Shown here in pieces: positions 8,707-17,876 of a DNA stretch of 64,000 nucleotides. Source of the stretch: an uncultured Actinomycetota bacterium. GTDB lineage: Bacteria > Actinomycetota > Actinomycetes > Actinomycetales > CAWJMD01. Position 1 is the stretch's first letter; every line of letters starts with the position of its first letter. The notes under the pieces are model-generated. The model was not told the DNA's origin. It searched no databases and was given only the letters and a program-made list of their open reading frames with translations. The DNA is taken from contig CAWIED010000001.1 of NCBI GenBank assembly GCA_963835085.1, positions 3,262,852 through 3,326,851 of the forward strand, written 5' to 3'. A program made the translations under genes and the position numbers.

Positions 8707-9603
8707 TCAACCGGCCAGGGCTGCCGGATCGCCGACGCCGGTGCGCGCCGACAGCGCCACCGCCGCCTTGCGCCACGTGGGCACCCGAACCCGGTCGGAG
8801 AAGACGTCGAAGTCCGCGCGCTCGATGCGGGTGAGGATGGCGGAGTAGAGCAGACGTGCCGAACGCACGCATCGCGCGGAATCCGTTGGGAGCAGCGCGA
8901 TTCCGGCGTCAGCTCGGGCGTAGAGCGCCCGGTTGCGGGCAATCTCGAACGCCATCAGCTCACGCCAGGATGCCGTGACCTCCCGCGCCCCAACGTCCAC
9001 ACCGAAGCGGCGCAGGTCCTCTTGAGGCAGGTAGATCCGGCCGCGATCGAGGTCTTCGGCCACGTCACGCAGGAAGTTCGTCAGCTGGAAGGCAACGCCC
9101 AGGTCGCGGGCGGGCCCGAAGGCGCTCTCGCTGCGGGGACGAAGCACGGGCAGCATCAGCTCTCCGATCACCGCGGCAGAACCGTCCATGTAGCCACAGA
9201 GGTCGGCCCAGGTCTCGTAACGTCCCACCTCGAGGTCGGCGAACATCGCCGTGAAGAATCGCTCAAACTTCTCCCGCGGAAGACCCAAGGTGGCCACGGT
9301 GTTCGCGATCGCCGCCATCGTCGGCCCACTCGGCGGCACCCCAGCGACCGAGGCGTACAGATCCTCGGCGAGCGCGCCCAGCCGCGCTTCGATCTGGGCG
9401 GGCGCGGCACCCGAGACGTCCACCAGGTCGTCGGCGATCCGGCACAGGGCGTAGATCGCATAGACATGTCGCCGTGCAGGACGGCTCAAGAGTGCCGCGC
9501 CCCAGTAGTACGTGGTGCCGTGCCGCCAGGTCAGGCGCGCGCAGTGCCGGTAACCGGCGGCAAGCTGCTGGCGATCCGCACGACATGACTTGGTCGACGT
9601 CAA
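8707..9603 (-). CDS. crtB: Phytoene/squalene synthase family protein
   Basis: Asp-rich motifs YALCRIADDLVD and RDVAEDLDRGRIYLPQEDL. TTG start preceded by GAGGAGG. Confidence 0.85.
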   Translation of the reverse strand: MTSTKSCRADRQQLAAGYRHCARLTWRHGTTYYWGAALLSRPARRHVYAIYALCRIADDLVDVSGAAPAQIEARLGALAEDLYASVAGVPPSGPTMAAIANTVATLGLPREKFERFFTAMFADLEVGRYETWADLCGYMDGSAAVIGELMLPVLRPRSESAFGPARDLGVAFQLTNFLRDVAEDLDRGRIYLPQEDLRRFGVDVGAREVTASWRELMAFEIARNRALYARADAGIALLPTDSARCVRSARLLYSAILTRIERADFDVFSDRVRVPTWRKAAVALSARTGVGDPAALAG

Positions 9604-9807
9604 CGCGAACCTCCTCGGGCCTGAGGCTGGTGCCCCTTCACAAGCCGTACCCCTTTATGACTGATCCATCCCAACGGATGACCAGCCTTTGGGCAACCGG
9701 ACCACAGCTGGTCACCCGCAAAGGCGGCTATGGACAGCGGACCTTGCGCCCGCGCCGTGGGTTCTTCCGCAAGCGACCGACCGAGTCTTCGCGTCAGCCA
9801 CGCCGGT

Positions 9808-11196
9808 TCACACGACGTAGGAGTCAGCCACCTCCAGAGCCTCGTCGAGGATGGCCACGCCCTCGATGACCTCCTCTGCCGTCGTGGTGCAGGGTGGCAC
9901 GACGTGGGTGCGGTTGAAGTGCGTGAAGGGCCAGAGTCCGCGTTGCTTGCATGCCGCAGCGAACGCATTCATCGGCGCCGCCGCCTCGCCCGAGGCGTTG
10001 AACGGCACCAAAGGCTCGTGCGTCGCCGGGTCGCGCACGAGCTCGAGCGCCCAGAAGACGCCCAGCCCCCGCACCTCGCCGACGCTCGGGTGCTTGGCTG
10101 CGAGCTCGGTCAGCCGTGGGCCGATCACATCCGTGCCCAGCGCTCGTGCGTGCTCGATGATGCCCTCGTCCTTCATGATCTCGATGGACGCCACCGCCGA
10201 GGCGCAGGCCAGGGGATGCCCGGAGTACGTCAGGCCGCCGGGGTAAGGGGTGCGATCGAACGTGGCGGCGATGCGCTCGGACATGATCACCCCACCAAGC
10301 GGCACGTATCCGGAATTGACCCCCTTGGCGAAGCAGATGAGATCCGGCGTGACTCCCCAATGGTCGACGGCGAACCATTCCCCGCAGCGTCCGAACCCAC
10401 TCATCACCTCGTCGGCGATCAAGACGATTCCGTGCTCGTCGCAGATCTCGCGAACCCCGGCGAGATAGCCCGGAGGCGGCACGAGAATGCCGTTGGTGCC
10501 CACCACGGTCTCCAGCAGAATGGCCGCGACCGTGTGCCCGCCTTCGACCATCAAGGTGTCACGCAGGTGCTGCAGGGCCCGTTCGCACTCGGTCGCCTCA
10601 TCCTCGGCGTGAAATGCGGAGCGATAGGGGTAGGGGCCCCAAAAGCGCACGACGCCAGGGATTCCCGGCTCCGAGGGCCACCGTCGGGGATCGCCGGTGA
10701 GCGTGATCGAACCGCCCGTGGCACCGTGGTAGCTGCGGTACATCGCGAGGATCTTCCTGCGACCGGTGTGCAGCCGCGCCATCCGGATCGCGTTCTCATT
10801 CGCCTCGGCGCCACCGTTGGTGAAGAACACCCGGTTCAGATCGCCAGGGGCCAGCTCGGCAATGAGTTGCGCAGCCCGCGACCGCACGTCGTTGGCGAAC
10901 GACGGGGCAATCGTGCACAGCCGCCCGGCCTGCTCGGCGATGGCGGCCACAAGCCGCGGATGCTGATAGCCGATGTTGACGTTCACGAGTTGGGAGGAGA
11001 AGTCGAGGTAGCGCTTGTCGTCGTAGTCCCAGAAGTACGAGCCCTCGGCCCGGGCGATCGGCAGCGGGTCGATGAGGGCCTGCGCAGACCAGGAATGGAA
11101 CACATGCTTCTTGTCGAGCTCGCGAACCTGCTGCGCCGAGAGCTCCAGGGTCGAGGCGAGCTCGCTCGAGGCGGGACGCTGGGTGGTCGTGGTCAT
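9808..11196 (-). CDS. Class-III (omega) aminotransferase, PLP-dependent
   Basis: DEVMSGFGRCGEWFAVDHWGVTPDLICFAKGVNSGYVPLGGV (PLP lysine context). 462 aa. SD GAGGGAG upstream of ATG 11196. Confidence 0.85.
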   Translation of the reverse strand: MTTTTQRPASSELASTLELSAQQVRELDKKHVFHSWSAQALIDPLPIARAEGSYFWDYDDKRYLDFSSQLVNVNIGYQHPRLVAAIAEQAGRLCTIAPSFANDVRSRAAQLIAELAPGDLNRVFFTNGGAEANENAIRMARLHTGRRKILAMYRSYHGATGGSITLTGDPRRWPSEPGIPGVVRFWGPYPYRSAFHAEDEATECERALQHLRDTLMVEGGHTVAAILLETVVGTNGILVPPPGYLAGVREICDEHGIVLIADEVMSGFGRCGEWFAVDHWGVTPDLICFAKGVNSGYVPLGGVIMSERIAATFDRTPYPGGLTYSGHPLACASAVASIEIMKDEGIIEHARALGTDVIGPRLTELAAKHPSVGEVRGLGVFWALELVRDPATHEPLVPFNASGEAAAPMNAFAAACKQRGLWPFTHFNRTHVVPPCTTTAEEVIEGVAILDEALEVADSYVV

Positions 11197-11219
11197 CTAT
11201 GACTCTCCCTCAGTTCGTT

Positions 11220-11256
11220 GGTGGGCGACTGGTCTCTGCTGGTGGGCGGCGGGTCT
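11220..11256. promoter_or_regulatory. Two 16-bp direct repeats (GGTGGGCGACTGGTCT / GGTGGGCGGCGGGTCT), 21-bp period
   Basis: 14/16 identical. Located in the 66-bp gap between the pheA stop (11263) and the aminotransferase start (11196). Confidence 0.4.
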
Positions 11257-11262
11257 GGAAGT

Positions 11263-12132
11263 TCAGTCTGGCACTGAGGCCTGGTCGGCGGGCACCGCCC
11301 GGAGCCGGTCACGATAGGGCGATCTGGGATAGACCCCGAGAATCCGTAGATCGGTCGTGAAGAAGGCCAGCTCCTCCAGCGCCAGGGCGAGCGCCCGGTC
11401 GTCGGGATGGCCTTCCACATCGGCGTAGAACTGGGTGGAGACGAACGTGCCGTCGAGCTGGTAGCTCTCCAGTTTCGTCATGTTGACGCCGTTGGTGGCG
11501 AAGCCGCCGAGGCCCTTGTATAGCGCGGCTGGAATGTTGCGCACCCGGAAGACGAACGTGGTGATGGCGGGGTTCACCGGAGTATGGGCGGGCTCGCGGG
11601 CCAGCATGACGAAACGAGTGGTGTTGTGCTGCTCGTCTTCGACATTGCGGCGCAGGATCTCGAGCCCGTAGAGCTGGGCCGCGGCCTCGGGCGCCAACGC
11701 CGCCTGGGTCCGGTCGCCCGCCTGAGCCACTTGCCGGGCCGCGCCGGCGGTATCGCCGACGTCGAACGGCTTGAGCCCGAGTTCGCGGATCAGCCGTCGG
11801 CACTGCCCGAGGGCGTGCACGTGGCTGAGCACCTTGGTCAGGTCGCCGATCTGGGTGCCGGGCAGCGCCATCAGCTGAAAGCGGATGGGTAGGAAGTACT
11901 CGCCCACAATGTGCAGACCCGACTCGGGCAGCAGGTGGTGGATGTCGGCCACGCGACCCGCCAGGGAGTTCTCGATGGGAATGACCGCGAGGTCGACGCT
12001 GGCGTCTTTCATGGCATCGAAGCAGTCTTCGAACGTGGGGGCGGCCATGGCCTGCGCCTCGGGGTAGACCCGCTGGGCGACGAGATGTGAATTGGCGCCA
12101 GGCTCACCCTGATAGACCACGCGATTAACCAT
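11263..12132 (-). CDS. pheA: Prephenate dehydratase
   Basis: MVNRVVYQGEPGANSHLVAQ N-terminus and a C-terminal ACT-like region TTFVFRVRNIPAALYKGLGGFATNGVNMTKLES. The upstream 106 codons of the track ORF are Ala/Val-rich filler, so the start is set at ATG 12132. Confidence 0.85.
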   Translation of the reverse strand: MVNRVVYQGEPGANSHLVAQRVYPEAQAMAAPTFEDCFDAMKDASVDLAVIPIENSLAGRVADIHHLLPESGLHIVGEYFLPIRFQLMALPGTQIGDLTKVLSHVHALGQCRRLIRELGLKPFDVGDTAGAARQVAQAGDRTQAALAPEAAAQLYGLEILRRNVEDEQHNTTRFVMLAREPAHTPVNPAITTFVFRVRNIPAALYKGLGGFATNGVNMTKLESYQLDGTFVSTQFYADVEGHPDDRALALALEELAFFTTDLRILGVYPRSPYRDRLRAVPADQASVPD

Positions 12133-12175
12133 GATCGCAAGGCTACGGGCGTCCTCGGCGGTTACCGTGGGGGGC

Positions 12176-12901
12176 GTGCTGAAACGCCCCGTGGTGATTG
12201 CCACCTCGCTTGTCGTCGTGGCCGGCTGCGGCCTGGCTGGCTGCTCCAGGTCCGCTTCCAGCGCCGCTTCGATGAGCAGGTCCGCCACGAACACTGAGTC
12301 TGCGACCGCCACCTCAACGGCCTCCACGGCATCGCCCACTCCTTCAGCGACCGCCAGCAGCCGGCCTACCGCATCGAGCACCAGCAAGTCCGCGACAACG
12401 GGCGCGCACACCAGCACGCCGACAGCCACGAGCACGACGGCGAGGGGCAACGCGACAGCGGGCAGCCAGCCTGGAAGTGCCGCAACGGTGACCTATCACA
12501 ACAGCACCTTCGGCTTCACCGTGAAGGCCCCCAGCGGGTGGCAGCAGAAGGGACTGCGTGCCGGTGGCAAGGGCGCCGACTTCACCGGGCCCAACGGTGC
12601 CACCGCCGCGATCTACGGGTCGAACAACCTCGTCGGAGACAGCCCCGAAGGGATCTGCCAAGACCAGACGTCGGCGCTCACCGGCGACGGCGCCAACGCC
12701 ACGTACACGATGTCGGGCAATCGCTGTTGGGTCACGTCGAGCCAGGCCGGCATCGGTCGTCAACTGGTGACGTGGACTGGCTCGGGAAGCCTCAACACCA
12801 TCGACGTCAGCTACCCGCCAAATACCGGTGCCAGCATGACCTCGGTTGTGCAGCAGCTTGTTTCCGGGTTTACCCCGGGTGATCTGAGTACTGGGCACTG
12901 A
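12176..12901 (+). CDS. Putative secreted lipoprotein with a Ser/Thr/Ala-rich linker; function unknown
   Basis: Signal-peptide-like LKRPVVIATSLVVVAGCGLAGC (lipobox) followed by a low-complexity STA-rich stretch. Alternative starts are ATG 12131 and GTG 12167. Confidence 0.6.
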   Translation: MLKRPVVIATSLVVVAGCGLAGCSRSASSAASMSRSATNTESATATSTASTASPTPSATASSRPTASSTSKSATTGAHTSTPTATSTTARGNATAGSQPGSAATVTYHNSTFGFTVKAPSGWQQKGLRAGGKGADFTGPNGATAAIYGSNNLVGDSPEGICQDQTSALTGDGANATYTMSGNRCWVTSSQAGIGRQLVTWTGSGSLNTIDVSYPPNTGASMTSVVQQLVSGFTPGDLSTGH

Positions 12902-12928
12902 GTGAGCCGCACCATTCCTGACGGCCCC

Positions 12929-14272
12929 TCAGTCAGACGGCGGGATGTTCTGGTTGTGCCGGAAGATGTTGGCGGGATCCCACGCCTTCTTGATCTGGCG
13001 AAGCCGCGCGAAGCGCGCCGGGTCGAAGGCCGTACGCACTCGCGATGCGCCCTCCGCTCCGATGTAGTTGAGATAGACGCGCCCGTTGGACCAGGGCTTC
13101 ATAGCGCCGGCCAGTCGCCTGGTAAAGGCAATGTTCTCGGCATCGCCGCCAGGATCGGGCCACATCGACAGGTAGTGGATGCTGAGGAAGGCATGCCGAT
13201 TGCCGAATGCTGTGGCCTCGTCCGGAACCCGGGCGATCGCTCCACCGCAGCAGGTCAAGATGATCTGGGTAAGTGGTGACGCCGGCGGGAAGGCGTGGGA
13301 CACCAGGGCATCGATCGCCTCGTCCGGAAGGTCGTCGTAGAAGTCGGCGGTCCAGTAGTTACGCATCCCGGGGGGATTCGCCGGATCCAGCAGCTTCTGA
13401 AGCCGCACATACGGCATGGGGCCCACCAGGTTCGCGGCAGGCGGGCCGAACTCGGTGAGTGGCGCGAGCGCGGTGCGACCGGCCTCCACCTCTCCGACGT
13501 AGCTGACCACAACACCCACACACGGCTGACCGCGAGCGGGCTCGGGGACGAAGGGAGCGTCCGGCGCTGTGATCAGGGCGACGGCCGCGCCGACCTCGTC
13601 AGGCGCCTCGCGCATGACGTCGCGCCAGTTCCGCACCACCGGTCCGGCCAGCGCCGCCGGGTACAGGAGCATCCCGGCCAGGATGAGCGGGCCGACCGGA
13701 GCCAGCCGGAAGGTGAGTTCGGTGGCGATGCCGAAATTGCCGCCGCCGCCTCGGATGGCCCAGAACAAGTCTGGATTCTCGTCCTGCGACGCGGTCACGA
13801 GGTCGCCGGCGGCGGTAACGATCTCGGCGCCGAGCAGACTGTCGCACGAGTAGCCGAGCTTGCGCTCCAGCCAGCCGCTGCCGCTGCCCAGGGCAAGCCC
13901 CGCGACGCCGGTACTGGAGACCCGTCCGCCGGTCACTGCGAGACCGTGCTCCTGGGTGGCGGCGTCCAGCTGAGCCCAGCGGGTGCCACCGCCCACGCGC
14001 GCCGTAGCCGAGCCCGGGTCGACGATGACCTGGTCCAGGCCACGCAGGTCGACGCAGACGGCCCCGTCGGCCACGGCCGAACCCGTCACACCGTGGCCTC
14101 CGCCGTACACCGAGACCGTCAATCCGTCTGCCCAGGCGGCTCGCACCGCGGCGGCGACGTCGTGAGCGTCAGCGCACCTGACGATCCAGGCCGGGCGATG
14201 GTCGACGGTTGCGTTGAACACCTGACGGGCCGCGTCGTACGCGGGGTCGCCGGGGTAGATCGTGCCGTTCAT
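12929..14272 (-). CDS. FAD-linked oxidase (PCMH FAD-binding domain plus BBE-like C-terminus), paralogue A
   Basis: VYGGGHGVTG, LFWAIRGGGGNFGIATE and C-terminal FRHNQNI motifs. Start may be ATG 14272 or 14308. Confidence 0.8.
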   Translation of the reverse strand: MNGTIYPGDPAYDAARQVFNATVDHRPAWIVRCADAHDVAAAVRAAWADGLTVSVYGGGHGVTGSAVADGAVCVDLRGLDQVIVDPGSATARVGGGTRWAQLDAATQEHGLAVTGGRVSSTGVAGLALGSGSGWLERKLGYSCDSLLGAEIVTAAGDLVTASQDENPDLFWAIRGGGGNFGIATELTFRLAPVGPLILAGMLLYPAALAGPVVRNWRDVMREAPDEVGAAVALITAPDAPFVPEPARGQPCVGVVVSYVGEVEAGRTALAPLTEFGPPAANLVGPMPYVRLQKLLDPANPPGMRNYWTADFYDDLPDEAIDALVSHAFPPASPLTQIILTCCGGAIARVPDEATAFGNRHAFLSIHYLSMWPDPGGDAENIAFTRRLAGAMKPWSNGRVYLNYIGAEGASRVRTAFDPARFARLRQIKKAWDPANIFRHNQNIPPSD

Positions 14273-14324
14273 AGATGCAGCATCCCCGCTGGGCAGGCAG
14301 CCCACCATCCCGCATTTGCGGGGG

Positions 14325-15395
14325 TCAGGGACCGTGCAACACCTCGCGCTCCAAGGCCGGCTGGACGTAATCGACGAAGATCCTTGCCACCACCTCCCCG
14401 CGGCTGTTCACGCCACACTTGCCGAGGACCGCCTTGACGTGGTCGCGCACGGTGTGCAGGGACAGCCCCAAGTCGGTGGCGATCTCCTTGTCCGCAAGCC
14501 CACGAGACAGGTGCTCGACGATGCAGACCTCGCGGGGCGTCAGCCCCAAGCTTTCCATCGCCACCGGGATCAGGTCTGTAGGTCGGGCAGGTTCGATGAT
14601 CAAGGCGACGACGTCATCGATCTCAGTGCGCGCCGCGCTCGCCCGGAACCAAGACCCGGCGGCACCTCGCACCCGCGTACTCACGACCTGACCCGACGTG
14701 GCGGCACGCGCCTGCGCCACGAGCCCTGCCAGTAGCCCCGGAATGCGTTCACTGCGAGTTGCATCGAAAAGGGGGTCACTGCACACCTCGTCCAGAAGTC
14801 GACGGGCGTCCAGGGTGGCGTGAACCACTGTGCCGTCGCGATCGAGCATCACTATCCCCGACCCAATCCCGGGCTCCGCCTGTGCGGCGGCGCACCGCTG
14901 GAGCATGGCCGCGATCGGCCGAACAAGATCCCGGACGCGAGCGATCTCCTCGGCGGCAAAGGGCTCACTGCGAAGAATGTGAGCGAATCCGCGGCATTGC
15001 CCACCTACGCGGAAGGCGACTCGAAGCTCATCGTGAAAGTGAACCGGAGCGAAGATGTCGAGATAACGTCGCGCTTGCTGCGCCTGCCCGTCAGTGGCTT
15101 GCACCAGGGTTCGGACCGGATCGTCAGCGCGCGCCAGGTCTGTGAACTTGTTGACGCCTGTCTCTGAGTACTCGGAGCGCCAGAAGTCCTCGCAGGTGTC
15201 AGCTGAGATGCCCTCCACCAGACCCGCAATCGGCAGGAGTGTCATCGGGTCTACGGGCAGGAGAGCAGCATTCGTGAAAGACACGACCTCATGGAGAGCG
15301 GCCATGGCCGCCCTGAGCGTGCTGGAAAGGCCAGGTTCTCGCGTGCCCGCATCGGTGAAGAACTTTGGTCCGGACAGTTCTGTAGGGGCCCCCAT
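14325..15395 (-). CDS. LuxR-family transcriptional regulator with an N-terminal GAF/PAS-like sensor region, paralogue A
   Basis: C-terminal HTH LTPREVCIVEHLSRGLADKEIATDLGLSLHTVRDHVKAVLGKCGV. The N-terminal ~280 aa share architecture with 18681..19835. Confidence 0.8.
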   Translation of the reverse strand: MGAPTELSGPKFFTDAGTREPGLSSTLRAAMAALHEVVSFTNAALLPVDPMTLLPIAGLVEGISADTCEDFWRSEYSETGVNKFTDLARADDPVRTLVQATDGQAQQARRYLDIFAPVHFHDELRVAFRVGGQCRGFAHILRSEPFAAEEIARVRDLVRPIAAMLQRCAAAQAEPGIGSGIVMLDRDGTVVHATLDARRLLDEVCSDPLFDATRSERIPGLLAGLVAQARAATSGQVVSTRVRGAAGSWFRASAARTEIDDVVALIIEPARPTDLIPVAMESLGLTPREVCIVEHLSRGLADKEIATDLGLSLHTVRDHVKAVLGKCGVNSRGEVVARIFVDYVQPALEREVLHGP

Positions 15396-15490
15396 CGAGA
15401 CAGCCTACGAGCCATGGCTCTGTTATCGGTGGCTTTGTCACCCGATTTTGTGATGTGCGCCGACTGAGAGGAGCACCCGGCGCGACAGCC

Positions 15491-16894
15491 TCAGCCGTGC
15501 TGGCAGGGCGAAGCCCCGGCAGGGGCTCCGGCGCCGCTCAACCAGGTGGGCACGGCAAACTCCGGAAGCCGGCGCGGGTCGCCGACCGGGGCGTAGCGGC
15601 CGTCGACCAGGTGATACCCAAGCTGGGGCCCCTCGTCGACGATGCAGCGGACGGCTGCCACCAGGCGATCGACATCCTCCGACGACGATCCCACCCCGAG
15701 GCTGGCCCGCACGGCGCCCGCGGGCAGACCCAGCTTGGCCAGCAGCGGGTGGGCGCAGAACTTGCCGTCGCGCACGCCCACGCCGTACTCGGCCGACAGC
15801 ACTGCGGCGAGCAGCCCCGGGTCGATGCCGTCGACCACGAAGGTCACCACACCGATCGACGACACACTGTCGTCCCAGATTCGCACGACGCGAACCCCAT
15901 CGACGGCCTTCAGCCCGCCCACCAGGCGCTCGCGGAGAGCGCTCTCGTGTACTTCGAGCGCACCGCTCGGCAGCTCGCTCAGGGCCTCGCACGCGGCGGC
16001 CAGCGCCACCGCACCGAGCACGTTGGGAGTCCCGCCTTCATGCCGGGCTGGGGCCGGGGCCCAGTCGACCTCGTCGAGCCGGACGTTGCGGACGGCGCCT
16101 CCACCGGCGAGGTAGGGCGCGGCTGCGTCGAGCCAGTCGCGGCGGCCCACCAACGCCCCCACGCCGTACGGCGCGTAGAGCTTGTGGCCGGAGAGCGCGA
16201 GGTAGTCGATATCGCAACCGGCCAGATCGACCGGCTGATGCGGCGCCAGCTGGGCGGCGTCGACGCAGAGCCGGGCGCCGTGCGCGTGCGCCAAGTCGGC
16301 GATGGCCCGGATGGGCAACTGCTCCCCTGTGACATTGCTCGCGCCGGTGACCGAGACGAGAGCAGCCGGAGCCTCGATCAGAGCGGCCTTCAGCCGGTCG
16401 AGGCTCTCAGCCAGTGAGGGAGCTGCGCCCACGATGCGGTGGTGGCCTCGCTGCCAGGGCAGCAGGTTCGCGTGGTGTTCGAGGTCGAAGACCACGACGT
16501 CACCCTGCTCGAAGGGCACGGCCGAGGCCAGCAGGTTGAGTGCGTCTGTGGTGTTGCGGGTGAAGACGACGACGTCGTCGTCACGGGCGCCCAGGAACCG
16601 CGCCACCACCTGCCGCGAGCCCTCGAACAGAGCGGTGCTGACCTGCGAGGCCCAGCCCGCTCCGCGGTGCACAGAGGCGTAGAACGGGCGCGCCTCGGCC
16701 AGCCGCGCCTCCACGTGGGCAAGCGCGGGAGCACTGGCTGCGTAGTCGAGATTCACGTAACGGCAAGTGTTTTCGCCATTCCTGCGGGTTGCCAGGGGAA
16801 CCTGCAGGTCGGCCCCGGTCACCTCGAGCAACGGCGCGACGGTCTGCGAAGGGTGGGTTGAGATATGGCGATTCTGGTCGATGGTGATGCTCAT
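15491..16894 (-). CDS. Class-V aminotransferase-fold PLP enzyme (cysteine-desulfurase-like)
   Basis: PLP lysine context LALSGHKLYAPYGVGALVGR. 467 aa. SD GAGGGAG before ATG 16894. Confidence 0.8.
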   Translation of the reverse strand: MSITIDQNRHISTHPSQTVAPLLEVTGADLQVPLATRRNGENTCRYVNLDYAASAPALAHVEARLAEARPFYASVHRGAGWASQVSTALFEGSRQVVARFLGARDDDVVVFTRNTTDALNLLASAVPFEQGDVVVFDLEHHANLLPWQRGHHRIVGAAPSLAESLDRLKAALIEAPAALVSVTGASNVTGEQLPIRAIADLAHAHGARLCVDAAQLAPHQPVDLAGCDIDYLALSGHKLYAPYGVGALVGRRDWLDAAAPYLAGGGAVRNVRLDEVDWAPAPARHEGGTPNVLGAVALAAACEALSELPSGALEVHESALRERLVGGLKAVDGVRVVRIWDDSVSSIGVVTFVVDGIDPGLLAAVLSAEYGVGVRDGKFCAHPLLAKLGLPAGAVRASLGVGSSSEDVDRLVAAVRCIVDEGPQLGYHLVDGRYAPVGDPRRLPEFAVPTWLSGAGAPAGASPCQHG

Positions 16895-17059
16895 CTGGGT
16901 ACTCCCTCTGCTTCAGGGACCCGTAGGCCCGCGCTTGCCGGCACCGGATTCGGTGCGGCCAGGTCGTCACCCGGGGCACCCCACCGCGGAGGAGGGTTGC
17001 CGGTCAGCAAGCCGGGGCTGTGCGCTGACACTCATGACCTATCCCGACCAGAGTGAGCG

Positions 17060-17776
17060 ATGGACTCTGACCTGTCCACCGAAACGGACTCCTCGTCTCA
17101 ATATATGGACATCCTTGGCAGGGCGGCAGCGCCCGGTAAGGTTGCCGTCACTAGCAGTTGGGCAGGGAACTCACCGGAGGCAAAGTTGGCTCAGACCGTT
17201 CTCATCACTGGATCCACGTCTGCTGTCGGGCCTATGGCCGACGCAGTTCGTGCCGCAGGCGCAACGCCGATCGTGGCCCAGACTCCCGACGAGCTCACGG
17301 CGGCGATCGCCGACCTCGAGGAAGGCGGCTTGGAGTACTACATCCAGTTGCCCTCCAGCATTCGACCCTCTGGTTCTACGGTCACCAAGCGCGTCCACGA
17401 GTTTCTCGTCGAGGGGCTGCTCGAGCGTTACCGAGCCGCTGAAGTCGTGCTGCCGGTGCTGGCCGACACCGCCCGTGTCGTACTCGTGTCGGGCAACGTC
17501 AACACCGAGACCTCGGCCCCTGACGACCGGGCGGCCCGGCTTTCCCTCGTGCACGTGCTCAAGCACGCGATGCGCGCCGACAAGTCGTCGTCCACCTTCG
17601 ACATCGAGGTTGCCGTGCCCAACACGGAGCCCGACGTCGTCGTGCGGTCGGTGCTGAACGGAACGCCCCTGGAGCCGGAGGAGACGGAGGCCCCGAAGGC
17701 TGCCGCGGTCGACCCGGGGCTTGACTACTTCAACTGGCGGATCGAGATGCTCGGCGCGATGCGGTCGGAGTTCTGA
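17060..17776 (+). CDS. Hypothetical protein, Rossmann/SDR-like N-terminus with a degenerate glycine motif
   Basis: VLITGSTSAVGPMADAV resembles the SDR TGxxxGxG motif, but no catalytic YxxxK was seen. The first ~60 codons look poorer in third-position G/C than neighbouring genes (by eye). Confidence 0.5.
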   Translation: MDSDLSTETDSSSQYMDILGRAAAPGKVAVTSSWAGNSPEAKLAQTVLITGSTSAVGPMADAVRAAGATPIVAQTPDELTAAIADLEEGGLEYYIQLPSSIRPSGSTVTKRVHEFLVEGLLERYRAAEVVLPVLADTARVVLVSGNVNTETSAPDDRAARLSLVHVLKHAMRADKSSSTFDIEVAVPNTEPDVVVRSVLNGTPLEPEETEAPKAAAVDPGLDYFNWRIEMLGAMRSEF

Positions 17777-17876
17777 GTCGACGGCTCAGCCGCGCCTCAG
17801 GCGCAGGGCCGAGGCGCGCTGAGGTTGCCGACAGCCGTCGAAGGCGGCGGCACCGACCGATCCTCGGAGACTGCAC

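Noticed and set aside
7444-9588. 714-aa plus-strand ORF, the longest ORF in its neighbourhood.
   Set aside because: It runs antisense to both the Rieske gene and the phytoene-synthase gene, which have clear motifs. Its translation is Arg/Pro/Gly-rich with no motif. This is the typical off-strand open frame of high-GC DNA.
8707-9603. Calling the region a carotenoid biosynthetic gene cluster.
   Set aside because: Only one core gene (crtB-like) is present in the window. There is no desaturase, prenyl-diphosphate synthase or cyclase nearby, so a cluster call is unsupported.
9730-11202. 490-aa plus-strand ORF.
   Set aside because: It lies exactly antisense to the class-III aminotransferase, which has a clear PLP-lysine context. 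It has no recognisable motif.
12130-12133. pheA and the lipoprotein gene appear to have back-to-back start codons sharing CATG.
   Set aside because: The lipoprotein more probably starts at GTG 12176, which gives a canonical K/R-hydrophobic-lipobox signal peptide. The overlap is probably an artefact of the longest-ORF call.
12133-12450. A 106-codon N-terminal extension of the pheA ORF.
   Set aside because: The Ala/Val/Leu-rich extension has no homology to prephenate dehydratases and overlaps the divergent lipoprotein gene. A conserved MVNRVVYQGEPG start is available at 12132.
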